Assembly: GCF_009914755.1 (NCBI RefSeq)
Contig: NC_060932.1
DNA length: 64,000 nucleotides
Source: the human T2T-CHM13v2.0 reference genome, Homo sapiens
Strand: one strand, 5' to 3'
Shown piece after piece: positions 24,896 through 38,716 of the stretch (positions are counted from its first letter, which is position 1; every line of letters begins with the position of its first letter). The notes under the pieces are model-generated. The model was not told the origin of the DNA and did no database searches. It saw nothing but the letters and a program-made list of their open reading frames with translations. Made by a program: the position numbers and the translations under genes.

Positions 24896-27406
24896 CCCCC
24901 TTTCTTTTTATGTTTCTCATTTCTCTCCCCCTTTACTGTGAATGTAGAGCATGCACCTGTTCTTTTCTATTGCAGTTCATTCATTTGTGCAACTGACAGG
25001 TTACCACTGGTGACTGTGGATTGCTGCCTAATGCTGGGCTGAAGAAAACAACAAATTTGCCAATCTCAAAAGAGAGCATTTTTATTTATTGCTCAGCTTC
25101 CAGAACCTAATGCCTTTCAATTTTCTGTCATTGTTCCACTGAAAGTGAAGAATGTAATGTTGATATACCTCTTGTTTTTTCTGCTTTTATGCCACTCCAT
25201 GTGGTTAGACCACCTTTTAGGTGTTCATTCATTCCACAAATATATACTGAGCACCTGTTTTGAGCCCCGAGTTTGGATGTCATGTTTTTGAGGCAGGAGT
25301 TAATGTGCTCAGCATGAAGAGCTGGGTCTGCACAGAAAACTGCTGCTTCTTGAGCCAGGGAGGTCTTCCCATGATACTATATTGCAGCTTCTTTGCTGTA
25401 ATGAAAATACAGTACACCTTTCCCCAACTCCCAAATTAAGCTTTCAGTGTTCTTCATTCTCTGAAAAACTTTTATAGAAATTCTAAGAAGTGTGCCTCAA
25501 AATAATATAGTAAGCAACCTGATATTACTGGTTTTATATAATCTTAGTGCACTATCTTATTCATAATTAAAGTTACAACGGTGACTATGTGGAAGTATCT
25601 TGGAGGAGAAAGTGAATAGATGAGGTGGGGGGACATTTGAGTAATAACTTTGATTTTGGATGTCTTCTCTACTATTTTTAGATTATAATTTAAATAAGTT
25701 CATGTGTATTATATTATTTCACCAAAAATTTTACTTTAAGATATGGAGAATGCTCCATTTTTCCCCGTAAGAGTAGCAATAATTTTTAAAATTGTCTTTT
25801 AAAATTAGATTAAATTACTTAATTCCAGAGACCTGTGTTGTTCTTGTGTGACAACACAGAGTATGCAACTTTAAGTTACTGGCCGTCTAATTAAAAAGAT
25901 GTTTCCAAAGTATGACCAGCATTGGAATTTGTTCAGACCCATATTTATAAACAGTAACTATGACAACTCATTCCTCCCAACCATGCTCAACCCTTCATAC
26001 TTTCCCAACTGTCTGTTTTACAAGATGACATAAGTAGAGGGTTTGGAAAAAAGAAAAAAAAATCTTTGGATGATAAACGCTTTTTGCAAACAGAGCCTAT
26101 AAAGCTGTTTGTTCAGCAGCATGTGAATCGGACAGTGGGAGTTCATCAGACAGCAAGGATTAACCCCCTAATTTGTTTCTCTCTTTTGGAAGAGAACAGA
26201 CTGCTGTGAATTCCGTGTACTCAGCCTGAGCTGCCAAACATGATTGAAAACTATTTGACTGACTGGTGGCCAAAACATGAGGCAGGGACCATTCATCATT
26301 TTCCTGCTCTTCACTACCCCATATAATAAGTTTTGTTTTGTTTGAAAGGAGTAAATGTATGTTACAGTTTTCAAACCAATGTCTCCGACAACCTAAAAGC
26401 ATTTCAATATTGTACCCTTTTCCAATAGAATGGAAAGATGCTACATATCTGTAGCAATTTTAACCAAATTCCTTCTAGTTACCTCCATTTCCAATGCAGA
26501 AACTCCTCTCAAGTGAATACATACACAGGTTATAATATACTTGATGAGCCAGTTTCTTTAGGATGAGTACATACATGACTGGTTTTGATTTGACCATTGT
26601 GGTGTGCAGTGGGCTTACTGTGTCCATACCAGTGTCAGAATAGTCAGTCCTCTGGTGCTTGATTGGGTGGCATAGCCCATAAGATTAGCTGACTTTTAAA
26701 ATCAAAGTAATAGGAGGACTATGCAATGGAGACAACTCCTCAACATTGACCCATCCCCTCAGTCCAGTTCCATATGTTCCATTGGGAATTAATTTCCTGC
26801 AGGCATAGAGGAGTCGTAAGAGTTGCCTCTGCCAGAGAAGCCCCATCTTTCCTTGAGCCAGGAGTCAGTAGAAGATAGTAGGCTACAAACCATTTGACTA
26901 TACCTCTATGATCTCTTGCCACTGAATATAGAAAAGGAGTATAAAGAAGCAGTATAAAATATGAAATTGAATTGTCAGTGGCTAGATAGTTAGACATATA
27001 GTCTGGGTATTCAAAGGGAGTGCCTTTTAAAAATGTGCTCAACCCCCATTAGCCCATGAAATGCCTCCTTTCCGTTCCTACACTGGCATATCTTTCACCA
27101 GAAGCATTTAACCAGATTCTAGAACCTGTCCATTGGGAATAATTTAGTCACCTTCTTCAACTTATTTTTCTCTTTTTCCCCTCTCAAATGTCATTTTTTT
27201 TCACATGGCTCCAGTCTCAATTCTCCTCTTATTTTATCCATTGTCCCCAGTAACACACTCTTCTTTGTCCATCTAGTCATACATCAATCCACCTATCTAT
27301 TCATCCAATCAACTATTATTGAGCCCCAATTACATGCATGTGAAGCATATTCTCAAAGCACCATTTCCCTGGCCAAGCTAGGATGATAATGAGAGATAAG
27401 ATGCTC

Positions 27407-27800
27407 TGTTTCAGTTTGGTTATTCAAAGCAGACCCTATAATAAGGAATTGGGAGCAAGTAGTTTATTTGTTAGGTAATTCCAGGAAGCAACAGTGAGGT
27501 AAAGAAGGAGAGGAAAGGGGGAAAAAAAACAACAAAATAATAAAGGTGCATTAAGATGTGAGAAACTGCTTATAGGCAACTGGGTTTAGTCCTGCTGGGA
27601 ATTTTTTGAGAAACTTTGTAGAACGTGCCTCAGAATTGTGCCCCTGAAGGATGAGAAAGCTGAGATGTTTATCCATTTACTTCAGTCCTCACTGGCTAAG
27701 AGTTATCTTGGGGGCATTAAATCCCTGGCATTTTCAGGATGCCCTCCCAGTAGGCTTTGCAAGCCTTAGTACTGGAGAGAGCCTTCAGGCAGAAAAGCAG
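27407..27800 (-). mobile_element. LTR33-like ERVL solo LTR
   Basis: 'aagcagaccct...aaggaattgggagcaagtagtttatttg...aattccaggaagca' is the reverse complement of an LTR33-type 3' end. Confidence 0.7.
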
Positions 27801-29098
27801 AAGACAAGGGCATGCATAGTTTCTGTTCACCTAGGCTGCAGGTGAACTCAAAAGTGGATGCAGAGGTTTTGGTTGGGGTGGGGGTAGGGGTGATGGTGGT
27901 GATTCCATAGCATCTGCTTCAACCTCTGTGTTACCACCCCCAACTGCCTTAAATGGAAGCATATCAGAGTTTTTCATTTTCTGGTAAAGAGTACCAGGGT
28001 GGGCATTTACTCTATGTAATGTGCAGAAACACAGCACTGTGTTTAGAATTGGACTTACTCATTTCCTGAGTATATGTATAGCTTCCCTTTCTCTACAACC
28101 TCTTTTCAGCAGATTTATGCAGACAAGAAAAATATTGTAACCCAAAGCGCCACTGCAAATTTCCCTGTGCTGACATTAATCATGCCCATTTGATTTATTA
28201 TCTATCATTTGAAAAGAATATTTTGCAACTCTTGTGCATTGATTTTTTTTTACCAAGAATGATTACATCCATGCAGCATAACTCTTCTAAAGGCTAATGC
28301 AGTTTGCTTTTATCACCCATTCACTCCCTAATTATGGTGTTTTCGAAAGCAGACACTATACCTGGAAAGTTGGGAGAGAAATATTTGATTCACCCATCTT
28401 TCAGAGAAGAGGAGATGGATTTAAACCAGGCTAGATACTGTAACTGATTATTGAGTATTTGGCTTGGGGGGCTTAATTTACCAGCTACCATTGAATTAAT
28501 TGAAATATAAACTTCTGTGGATATTAATACTTTCAAGAGTCAAAGTTTAAATGCCATCTACTTTGGATCCGTTCAAAATATTTTCACTAACCCTTTATAA
28601 TTTAATTGACTTTTTAGCTTTTTTGTTCTGTTTTGTTTTAACACAGCGATCTACCCTTTTATGTAACCCCTTCTGCTCCACATATCACTGGGCTGGGGCC
28701 AAAAGTAACTGAGTGACTAATATCTGGGAAATATTTATTGAATGAGTGAAAGAAATCCACTTGGGATTTATACCCAAGAACAAATGCTCATTAACTGTAA
28801 ATTCTCCTTCTTTTGAGGTTCATATATAGATGCTCTATATGTGTTTATCAAACACCTATCAGGTTATGAAAAGAATGCAAGAATGCCTCTCTTTTCTCTC
28901 CATTTATCCAAATCTATCATTTAAGGCCCTGGCATAATTTCTCCTTCTTTAATGAAGCTGCTTCAATTTCTTCCAATTCAGTGCTTCATATACTTGGCTG
29001 CAGTTGGGGAGCTGTAAAAAATCCTGTTGACTAGGCTACACCCTAGAACCCTAGATGATTTAAACCAGAGCCTTTGGGTGTGGAATTCAGGCCTCTGC

Positions 29099-29712
<614 letters not shown>

Positions 29713-30229
29713 TTAAAAGCTCAAGTTATTACAATGTGCAGCCAAGGTTGAGAACACCACTGTACCTGGATGTGATTGCTCTCTTCTCTGAAAACCTAGG
29801 AAACCTCGATATTAAAAGCCACCTCTTAAGGACAGTTGTAATTGGCCTAGTATTCTGGCTTAAGTTACTCTGAAGATCAACTAGCCTAACCACCCTTCCA
29901 ATTCCAAGATACCTCTGACAGCCTTCTGGTTGTCCAGTTCAAATCCTTAATACTGACATGGAACTTATTCCCAGTGCAGCCTTGCCCATCTTTGGGCAGC
30001 TCTGACCAGTCCAGATATAAGTCTGTCTCTTTGTAGCTTCAAGCTATTCTTCCTGTCTCTATCACTTTGGGGTGGGGCTGGGAGTGAGGGAATCTTTCTA
30101 ACAAGTGTTTTAAATGTCTGAATAATCTATTTATTCAATAAACGTTTATGGAATGCCTCCTATGTATTGGACACTGGGCTACCTCATTGAAAAGCGTTGT
30201 ACAAATTCCTAGGAGGATTTGCAAGCCAG

Positions 30230-30423
30230 TCCTCCTTTCTTCTTTTTCTTCTTCTTCCTCTTCCTCTTCCTCTTCCTCTTCCTCTTCCTCTTCTTCTTCT
30301 TCTTCTTCTTCTTCTTCTTCTTCTTCTTCTTCTTCTTCTTCTTCTTCTTCTTCTTCTCCTCCTTCTCCTTCTTCTTCTTCTCCTTCTCCTTCTCCCTATT
30401 CTTCTTCTTCTTCTTCTCTTTTT
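30230..30423. repeat. Homopyrimidine tract with (TTCCTC)6 and (TTC)22, i.e. GAA on the minus strand
   Basis: (TTCCTC)6 at 30255-30290, pure (TTC)22 at 30291-30356; a single purine (A30398) in 194 nt. Confidence 0.97.
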
Positions 30424-30655
30424 ATTGTACTTTAAGTTCTGGGGTACATGTGCAGAACGTCCAGGTTTATTACATAGGTATACACGTGCCATGGTGGTTT
30501 GCTGCACCCATCAACCTGTCATCTACATTAGGTATTTCTCCTAATGCTATCCCTCCTCTAGCCCCCAAGCCCCGGAGAGGCCCCAGTGTGTGATGTTCCC
30601 CTCCCTGTGTCCATGTGTTCTCATTGTTCAACTCCCACTCATGAGTGAGAACTTG
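30418..30655 (-). mobile_element. 5'-truncated L1PA (about L1PA7-like) 3' UTR
   Basis: 'actttaagttctggggtacatgtgcagaacg...ccatggtggtttgctgcacccatcaacc...gttcaactcccactcatgagtgagaac'. Confidence 0.9.
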
Positions 30656-33600
30656 CATTCTGTTTGTTGTTATTTTGTTATTAAGCTGCCACATTTCTGA
30701 CATAAAAGAATATCTTTGGCTGCAATAGTGAAAGAGAAAATGGGCGTAAGCTGCAACATGAGAAATTTAGGTAGCAGAGCGATGACTATTAAACTTTGAG
30801 AAGTTTTCTGTTTAACGTTGTGAAATCTTTCCTTGAAGCTTTAAATATGACATACTTTCATGTGATTCTATTTATATACTGCCTTGAGGGCAGAGGGCAA
30901 TGCCCTGTGTTCCTTCTGAGGGTTCCTTCTGAGTGACTCTAAGTCTCTAGATGAGGTAGCCCTGAGGAAGCAAGAATGAATGATTAAGATACTTCCTGAT
31001 GATGTTTTTAGGGGAAAGATAAACAAGGTTGCTTCCCCTGCTGGCTGGTGTTCCCCATCGTGCATGCATCCAGATGAGGTCTCCAAGGAAAATCTTGGTC
31101 CAGCAATGCTTGACTGTGCCAGTTCCCTGATGCTGATGGCTTTGCTGGGAAACAAAGCACATTAAGGGTGGATCTAGGTCACTCTGGACTTCATACCTTT
31201 CCAAGGCAAGGAAAGGCCAAGCCCCAGGGGCTCCATTCACATTATTGTGCTCCTGAGGGGTTGCGCTCCTAGACTTCATCAGTGTCACTGGAAATGATAC
31301 CTCCCACAGTCATTTAATGAGGTAGTCCTGGGCATATAGCACAGTGGAGATAGGCACCTTGTCAAACAACTGGTGCTGCAGAAGTGCTGAAAACCCTATG
31401 CTGTCTCATTGGAGGGAAGGTAAGGGGTCTCAGAGACTCTCTCCTAGGAATTAGAACATGGTTCCACTTACTCCAACCTAGAAACACATCAGAGAGGAAT
31501 TTTATACTCCAGGAACCAAGCTAACTAAGATGTTTCCACCACCTTTTTTTGCCTGCTTAGATTTCAGATCCTTCTTTCTTTCTAATACACCAAGCCCTGA
31601 GATGACATGGGTTCCTTCTAATCTCAGAGTGTGAAATTTTCTCTCTGGAATTTAATTCTGGTTTATTCCTCCACCTTGCCCTGCTTTATCCTGTGGCATA
31701 TGTGATGCCACAATGCAGTTGTGACTTCCCTGGATGCATCAGCGTTAAAGCAGACACAAGCACTGAAAATATGCAGGGCCAGACCAGCAGGTCCCGTACA
31801 GCTGAAGTTCATCATGGTGTTTTACAACCAACCAATTACTCAATTCATTTTATGGGTTGACTGTGCCCATCTTTTACTCTCATGAAGCATTTTCTATCGT
31901 AAGACAGAAAGCGAGGGAAAAGTGCTCTTTCAGTTCCAAACCCTGGGGCATTTATGCACTAATAACCTTCCTCCTTTGTGCTTTTCCAAAGAATGTAAAC
32001 CAAAGCAATTAAATTAAATGGAGTTAACATTGGCATGGTAGCATAAATCAAACGTCAGGAAATTCATTATTAAGGGGTTATCGTTCCTTTCTTATGAGCT
32101 ATCTAGTATCTGCCTTCTCTGAGGTAAAAATAAGCCAAAAATTTGGTCCTGATATAAATGAGGGGACTGCATGAGAGAGAGACAGACAGGGAGAGAGAGA
32201 CCTTGTGTTTAGCAGCAGATAGGCAGACTTGTGATTTGTGGGCGAAACATGTTTATCAGATGCTTGTCTCTTTGCCTCTTAATCAGGTTCTTCTTCCCAT
32301 GGCATGCTAAGCAGGCAAACACAGTTAAGCAGTTTACCTCTGTACTCAACAGTTCCAGAACTGAAAGTAAACAGCCTTGTGTGTTTAGGCTGCAGCCACC
32401 GGGCTGTGCTCTGTAGAGCTGCCAGATTTCTCCACATCACTGATTCTCCCAGTGAAAAGCAAAGGCTTCCTCTTCATTGTGTTCACAGACTGAAAGTTGC
32501 TTGCAGGATTGGCTTCCGAAGTTCAGACCCTGATGAAGGAAAATGATACTCCGAGTCTGAGGGTGGCAAATCAGAAGAAATAATTTGTTTGGATTCGGGT
32601 CTGATTTTAATTTCAGGAGTCTGGGGCCTGAAAGCTTTCTGCTGAGTCTGAACACAAACCCCAAACTTCTCAACTCAGGTTGCTTTTAAGGAATTGTAAA
32701 CTATTTAAAACCTATATATTTAAAAAATTATAATTTATTCCCAATGAGAGGATCCTCTCCCCAGCCAACGTCTATTTTGCACATGACTTTCTAATGAACT
32801 GTTAACAAGCATTTATATTAAGAGCTTGCTCGGGCTTTTGAATGATGGAAGATAATTCTGATTTACATGAGTGATAGTTTAAAATTCCAGGTGCTTTATT
32901 TCTGTTTATTGGGGTGGGACAGGGGAAGGACTAAAACTGCCTACAAAGACCCTTTCAAAGGCAAAGGAATAGAATGTATAACATTCCATTTTGTCAGCAT
33001 GAGGAAGGTCTTATTTAAGACTCTCTGAACAGATGTGACCAATTGTATTGGTGAGGAGGAATGTTGGAAGATAAGATGTTCTGCTCTGTTTGAATGTGTA
33101 TTTTTAGCAGTGTCCTATTGTAAAGAAGTTATGCCCATTATCTTTTGACTTGCTTTATCAGATTAAACAAAGATGCTCATCTTTCTAGGCTTTCTAATAT
33201 GCTCCCTCAATGCAAGTCTCTCAGCTCCAATGCTGTGTGTTAGAGTGTGATACCCCCTCCTGTTACTCCTATTTGGCTGAATTTCAGAAATCCATTTAGA
33301 TACTCTCACGGTTTTGTTCAGCATTGCTCAAAACATGGCTTCTCACCAATTCTGACTGTCTCTCTGAAACATGATTAATTTTTTCTATGTCTATCTTTAC
33401 ACTGTAGAGTTTAGGTTGAAAATATACTTTTACTGTAGTCTCTTATTTTCAGGAATGTGTACGTAAGCACCCAAATGAATTCTACTCTGAGATACAATTA
33501 CCCATGTATGCTTCCAACTGAAAGCATCCACTGAAAAAATATAGATAGAGAATTCAGTAGCTCTGACTGTTAGAGCATCTCAGTAGGCAAAAGTTTCCTT

Positions 33601-35749
33601 ACAGTAATTGCTATGCTTTGGAAACAGCATTTTCTGTGTACTAAGAACTCAAGGGAGAGCTGTGTTCAGGTCAAAGCTTGGGTGAGGTATAATAAGAAAG
33701 AACCCCAGCTGGAGCAGTGAAAAAACCAAGAGGCGAGAATTTTGTCCTCTCTGAACTTCTCGGTTAGAAGATTAAGAGGGAGATATAGGTTCCCTGAGAC
33801 ATATTCAGAAACTATAGGGGTTTCTATGGCAACAGAAATGAAAAATGAAAATACAGTCTCATCTTCTCTTGTTAAGATCCCTCAGTTTCACATGAGCCCA
33901 AGATCAAGGAGTCAAATACAGAGAAAGTCACAGAGCAAAGAGGGAGCCATGTTTCTTTTCGTCCAGCAGATGGCTAGCAACAAGAACTGCTTAGAAGACC
34001 TTCACTTGTTGAGGAATTGAGAGAACTGTTGAATTTCCTTTTTTCCAGGTGATTTTTGGGAAAGATTGAAAAGTTAATCCAAAGAGTTGGTTGAGATAGA
34101 GCATTTATCTCACTTGGTAGCTCCCCCAGTGGAATTGAAGTCCACAGAATTGCTGTCTCAGAAGTTTCATTCTTTGGTTAGCTGTTTCCAAAGTGTAAGT
34201 GAGTCCTTCACAAACATGATTACCAAAAGTAATAAATAAATACATATCTGGCAGTGAGGATGATTTTTTTTGGAGATTTTTAGTTTTAAACCACGTATTT
34301 TACTGGAAGTATAATGCACCCATTTCCCAGTGGTTACATGGAAAGACTTCGTTCCTCTTCTGGTTCTCCCAGCAATGACTTTTCAGTCACTGAAGAATTC
34401 AGAGGACAATGACAACTCCCTTCACAGGATCATACAGACACCTGTCATTTGAATGCCTGGGAAAAGGATAGGAATGGAGATGTATCTGGTTGGACTCCAA
34501 GATAAGGAAAAACTTTTGATGGGCAATTGGAATGTCAGCAGATTTATATCTCCTTGAACTTGGGTCTGTCAACACTGCCATGAGAAGGAAGATGTTTTTC
34601 CCACAGAGAGACATTTATGGGGCAAAGACAGACATCAGTGTGCTAAATCTTATAAAATTCCTTTGCATCATCCACCTTGACAGATGGTCTTCAGGAATGT
34701 GCTGAACCTCCAAAACAGAGGGTTGGGAGGAAACTCAAGAGTGTTCTTCCCCTGTCTTCTGTCAATGACTACGACACACTGAAGGCCACATTGACCTTCC
34801 ATCAAACATACATGCAGGCTTCAAGCCACCCTTCCTTCTTCCCCGTAAGGGACAGGTTGAAGCAAAGATCATGCTATTAGGTATTAGGTAACAAGCCTCC
34901 ACTTACAGAGTATCCTAGGGATGAAAACCTTTTTGCCTTATAGCCATGCTAGCTTCAAACATGAGATAGGTAAAATCGTTTTGTTTTCAACTTTCTTTCC
35001 ATTTACTTCCCTTTAACTTTTCTATTATGCCACAAAGGACAAGTATGTGTTTTCCTTATAAAAAGAAGTTTTGGCAAAAAATGAAGTTTTGGTCCTATAG
35101 TTCATAGTGGCCCCAGAAAAAATTGCCTTACTATTTCCACAACACCATTGCTTGTTTTTTGTTTTTGTTTTTTTATATAGTCCCACACTTTCTTTTGCTC
35201 CTGTTTCATTTACTAACTTGGAATGCTCACGCTCCTGGGCCTGATACACTCCTAGGATCACCTAGGCTGGGTGAAGCTTGGCCTTCAGAGGAGTAGACAG
35301 AGCAGGAAGGATGACCACTATGGTCTTAGCTTCCTTTAGTATGACTTCCCTTTCTTCAGCTGGAGTCCCTTCCCTAAACACCTGCAGCCATCCTGTGGCT
35401 TTGCATAGTGGAGCCCAGGGACTAACACGACAGTGGTCTGAGTGTCTCAGACTTCGAGACTATTGCTTTCTCCTCTGTTCCAATCTCCAAAAAGAGTTCT
35501 ATGAGAATAATTGCCCAAAGAGAAGGTACTTCATTTGGTAGGGCTGGGAAAAGAGGCATCAGATAGCATCTTGATATGGTGAAAGATTTGAACAGACAAA
35601 GATCTATCTGGTGCTAGTTTAGTTGCCTTGAATCATCATTACAGATCCCTCTGGACTATTTCCCTTTAGCCAATCAGCAACTTCCCCAGGGAGAAACTTG
35701 AGATCTTTTATTCTAGATTTCTGGATCCCTAACTTGTTCCAATGTTCCT

Positions 35750-36230
35750 TTCTTTTTAAAATTATTTTTAGTTTTCAATTTAAAATTTTTTCAAACATAT
35801 TTTTTAAAAATGCAGAAAATCAGAGAAAGGGCAGCATGTATATATTCACTACCCAGATTGAACGGTTGTTAACACTTTGCTATGTTTTCATCAGATAACT
35901 TGGGAAGAAAGGAAGGAAGGAAGGAAGGAAGGAAATAGTGCAAATATAGTTGAAGTTTTACTCAGTATTTCCTGCTCTCTTCCCTTTCTTCCCTATATAA
36001 TTTACTTAAAAGTTTGTATATATTATTCCTATGTGCATTTTGATTATTTTTATTACATATACATGTTCTCATAAACCACATAGTTATTGATTTTTAATAT
36101 TATAACTTTAAACAAGCAGCATCATAAAGTATGTATCCTTTTTCAACTTGATTTTTATTCAACATTATTATTACATTTTTAAAGACTCATCCACATTGAT
36201 ATATCTAGCTCTAGTTCATCCATTTTAATT
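35750..36230 (-). mobile_element. Ancient L1M (ME/MC-like) 3' fragment
   Basis: 'atgtatatattcactacccagattgaacggttgttaacactttgc' and 'caacttgatttttattcaacatt...gactcatccacattgat...gctctagttcatccatttt'. Confidence 0.6.
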
Positions 36231-36484
36231 ATACGAACTAGAGTTCGTTAAATGGTATAGTTGCTCTAAATGCCACTTTACTATACAAAGCTGATTATGT
36301 TTCTTGCCTACTCATAACAACCCAGCCCCAAACTGCCTTTCCAGTCATCGTGAATTACATGTTCTTGGACCCTTTCCCCTTGGTCCTCCTGTCTTTCAAA
36401 AGATGTGCTACATTATGTGATGAATTAATTGTCTGTGCTTTGACCCCAGTGAGTACAAACAGCTTTGTGAGCAGCCTCTTTCAG

Positions 36485-36600
36485 GTAAGAGAGTTCATTT
36501 GAGATATGAGATTTTGTTTGTTCACCATTATCTTTCCAGCATCTAGGAGAGTGCTTGATTCTTAATAGGTGTGCAATAGATATTTGTTGGACAAATGTCT
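36485..36600 (+). mobile_element. L2 3' end
   Basis: 'ttgtttgttcacc...ccagcatctagga...aataggtgtgcaatagatatttgttg'. Confidence 0.65.
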
Positions 36601-37180
36601 GCATGAGTGAGTAGACGGCTGTGGAATTGGGTTTAATGCTGTGATTCCAATGCATATAATAAGGAATTAAGTTCTTTCCTAAAATACTCACATCACACTC
36701 TAGCAACCATTGGCTTCTTGCTAGTTGATTTATTCTCTAAGAATTGCCACAATAGATTAAAGAGATGATGTTTGTCAACTCTTTCAGATGGTAGAATCCT
36801 TGCTTGCCTCAGAGAGGACCACTGAATGTTTGCAAAGAACTACCACAAGCCCTCACCATGGGGAATTGGTGATTTGAAAGGCCTGGCAGATGTTACACTC
36901 TTTTGCCATCTGTCTCTTGGAAGTAGCTTCAATTTGGCTTTCAGTAGGCCCCAGCAAGGTCATGAATATCAGATTTGGTGAGAAAACGCCAAGTGTGTAG
37001 CTTCAGTCAAAGGGAGACAGCTTTTCCCTTATGCTGCTCTTCTCAGCAGCCCAGGCCCATTTGTTCTTCCTCTGTGTGGAACTGGATGCTCCCTCCTGTA
37101 GTAAATGGTTAGAGGGTCCAGAATGAAATGGAAAGTGGTCCTGTATCATCAGCAGTAGCTTCTTGTGGACTTTGTCACCC

Positions 37181-37405
37181 TCATTCATTCAACAATTGTT
37201 TACTGAACAAGTAATTGACAAGACATTCTAACACCGACAAGTTGTGTTTAATTCAGAGGAGGAGACTGAACGCTGGTGTTTCCAAGGCACTAAATAAATG
37301 CTAAAACAGGGAGAGGAAGCACACAGGGCAGAGGAACACTTAGGAGGAGCACCATACTATTCTATGGTGTGGTGGTCAGCAAAAGCTTCCTGGGGGAAGT
37401 GACCT
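37181..37405 (-). mobile_element. L2 fragment
   Basis: 'tcattcattcaacaattgtttactga' tail and 'gtcagcaaaagcttcctgggggaagtgac'. Confidence 0.55.
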
Positions 37406-37564
37406 TATCTGTAAAATGAAATGGGATTAATACCCATGTTGCAAGATGGAGCCAATGTAAGGTAATGTCTTTAAGTTTCCTGCTGCTTGCTTAGTAATAG
37501 CAGTGATGACCATGTGGTATTGATGGTGATGACAGTGATAGAGAAGAAAAAAAAATGGCTTCAC

Positions 37565-37760
37565 AACCAGATAGTCCGGTTTCAAATCCTAGCTCTTCTT
37601 GTCCTTAGCTCTGTGGCCTTGAGCAAATCACTTGGCTTCTCTGTGCCTCATCTATAAAATGCGAATAGTGCTACGTACCGCTACCACAACTGTAATGATT
37701 GCAGAAAATGTTCACAAGGAACCTAACAGTGCCTAGCACCTGGAAGGCATTCAGTAAGAG
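37565..37760 (+). mobile_element. MIR SINE
   Basis: 'ttcaaatcctagctct...tgtggccttgagcaaatcacttggcttctctgtgcctcatctataaaatg...acagtgcctagcac'. Confidence 0.8.
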
Positions 37761-38716
37761 GTGAAAATGCAACAGGAGCTTGAAGAGAAGGTAGCAGTAG
37801 GAGCCATCAGTGGATATGGAGGGAAGAGCTCTGCATGTGGAGTCTAGGGACCTAGATTCTCATCTGACTATCACTGAGAAGCTGGGTGCCCTTGGGCATG
37901 TCATGTCTGGCATTCTCTGGAGTCTCCCATCAGTGCAGAGAGGCCCATCCATGAATCAGGTAATTTTTAAGTGAGAGAAACACACAACAAGCCTAGGATT
38001 AAGGATGGTAGAGAGATTACTGTGTGTTGCTATGGCATGGGAAGACTTTGTGGAGGAGAAAGCCCTCGGGCTGGATGCTGAAGGCCAAGTAGGTGTTAGA
38101 CTGGGGGAGCTAAGTGAAGAGGGCATTCCAGGCAGGGGCATGATTGAGCAAAAGGGGCCAAGTCACGCATTAAGTATGTCAGCCGCTTCCCTCATCTCCT
38201 CACCTCTGGGGCAGCCTTACTCGTGGAGAAGAATGGATAATAGGAAGGTCTTGACTTCAGCTCAGAAGTTTGTTTCTTTGATAGTCAGGACTGGTTCTGG
38301 GAAAATTGTCAAGTCATTGAAGTTAGTCTGTGCGACCATTCATCTTAATGTGAGCAACCCACGTTTTTTGCCTGCACATTGCTGCCACCTGGGCTAAACA
38401 AGCCCCCCACTCCCACCCCACTTTGCAAGCCTACAAAATATGCCCTGTAGAGCAGCTCCTTTTTGATTCTTATTTCCACCCTCCAAAGCATACCCAGAAG
38501 CACAGTATGTCAAAGCTTAGAGGGAGCTCGGAGTTCATTATTTTAAGCCCCCTTATTTTATTATGAAGGGCCATACCCAAAGATAAGCACTTACGGGCAG
38601 AAAAGGAACAGAGACAGATCATCACGGTCTCCCAGTTGTGTTCTTTCTTCCACTATGCAGCCTACATTTCTCTCTACCATACATTTTGATTACTTAACCT
38701 AGGACATCAATACCTA

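Noticed and set aside
30255-30356. Identity with the FXN or FGF14 disease GAA loci
   Set aside because: The FXN repeat lies in an Alu whereas this one is L1-tail derived, and I recognise no flank matching FGF14; the locus cannot be assigned from sequence alone.
30148-30593. Poly-Ser/Arg/Leu/Phe ORFs
   Set aside because: Translations of the TTC/TCC simple repeat and L1 3' UTR.
31318-31326. let-7-like tgaggtagt
   Set aside because: Only 9 nt match and no precursor hairpin.
33453-33462. 10-nt micro-exon candidate (ttttcag|GAATGTGTAC|gtaagc)
   Set aside because: Not frame-preserving and no supporting gene context.
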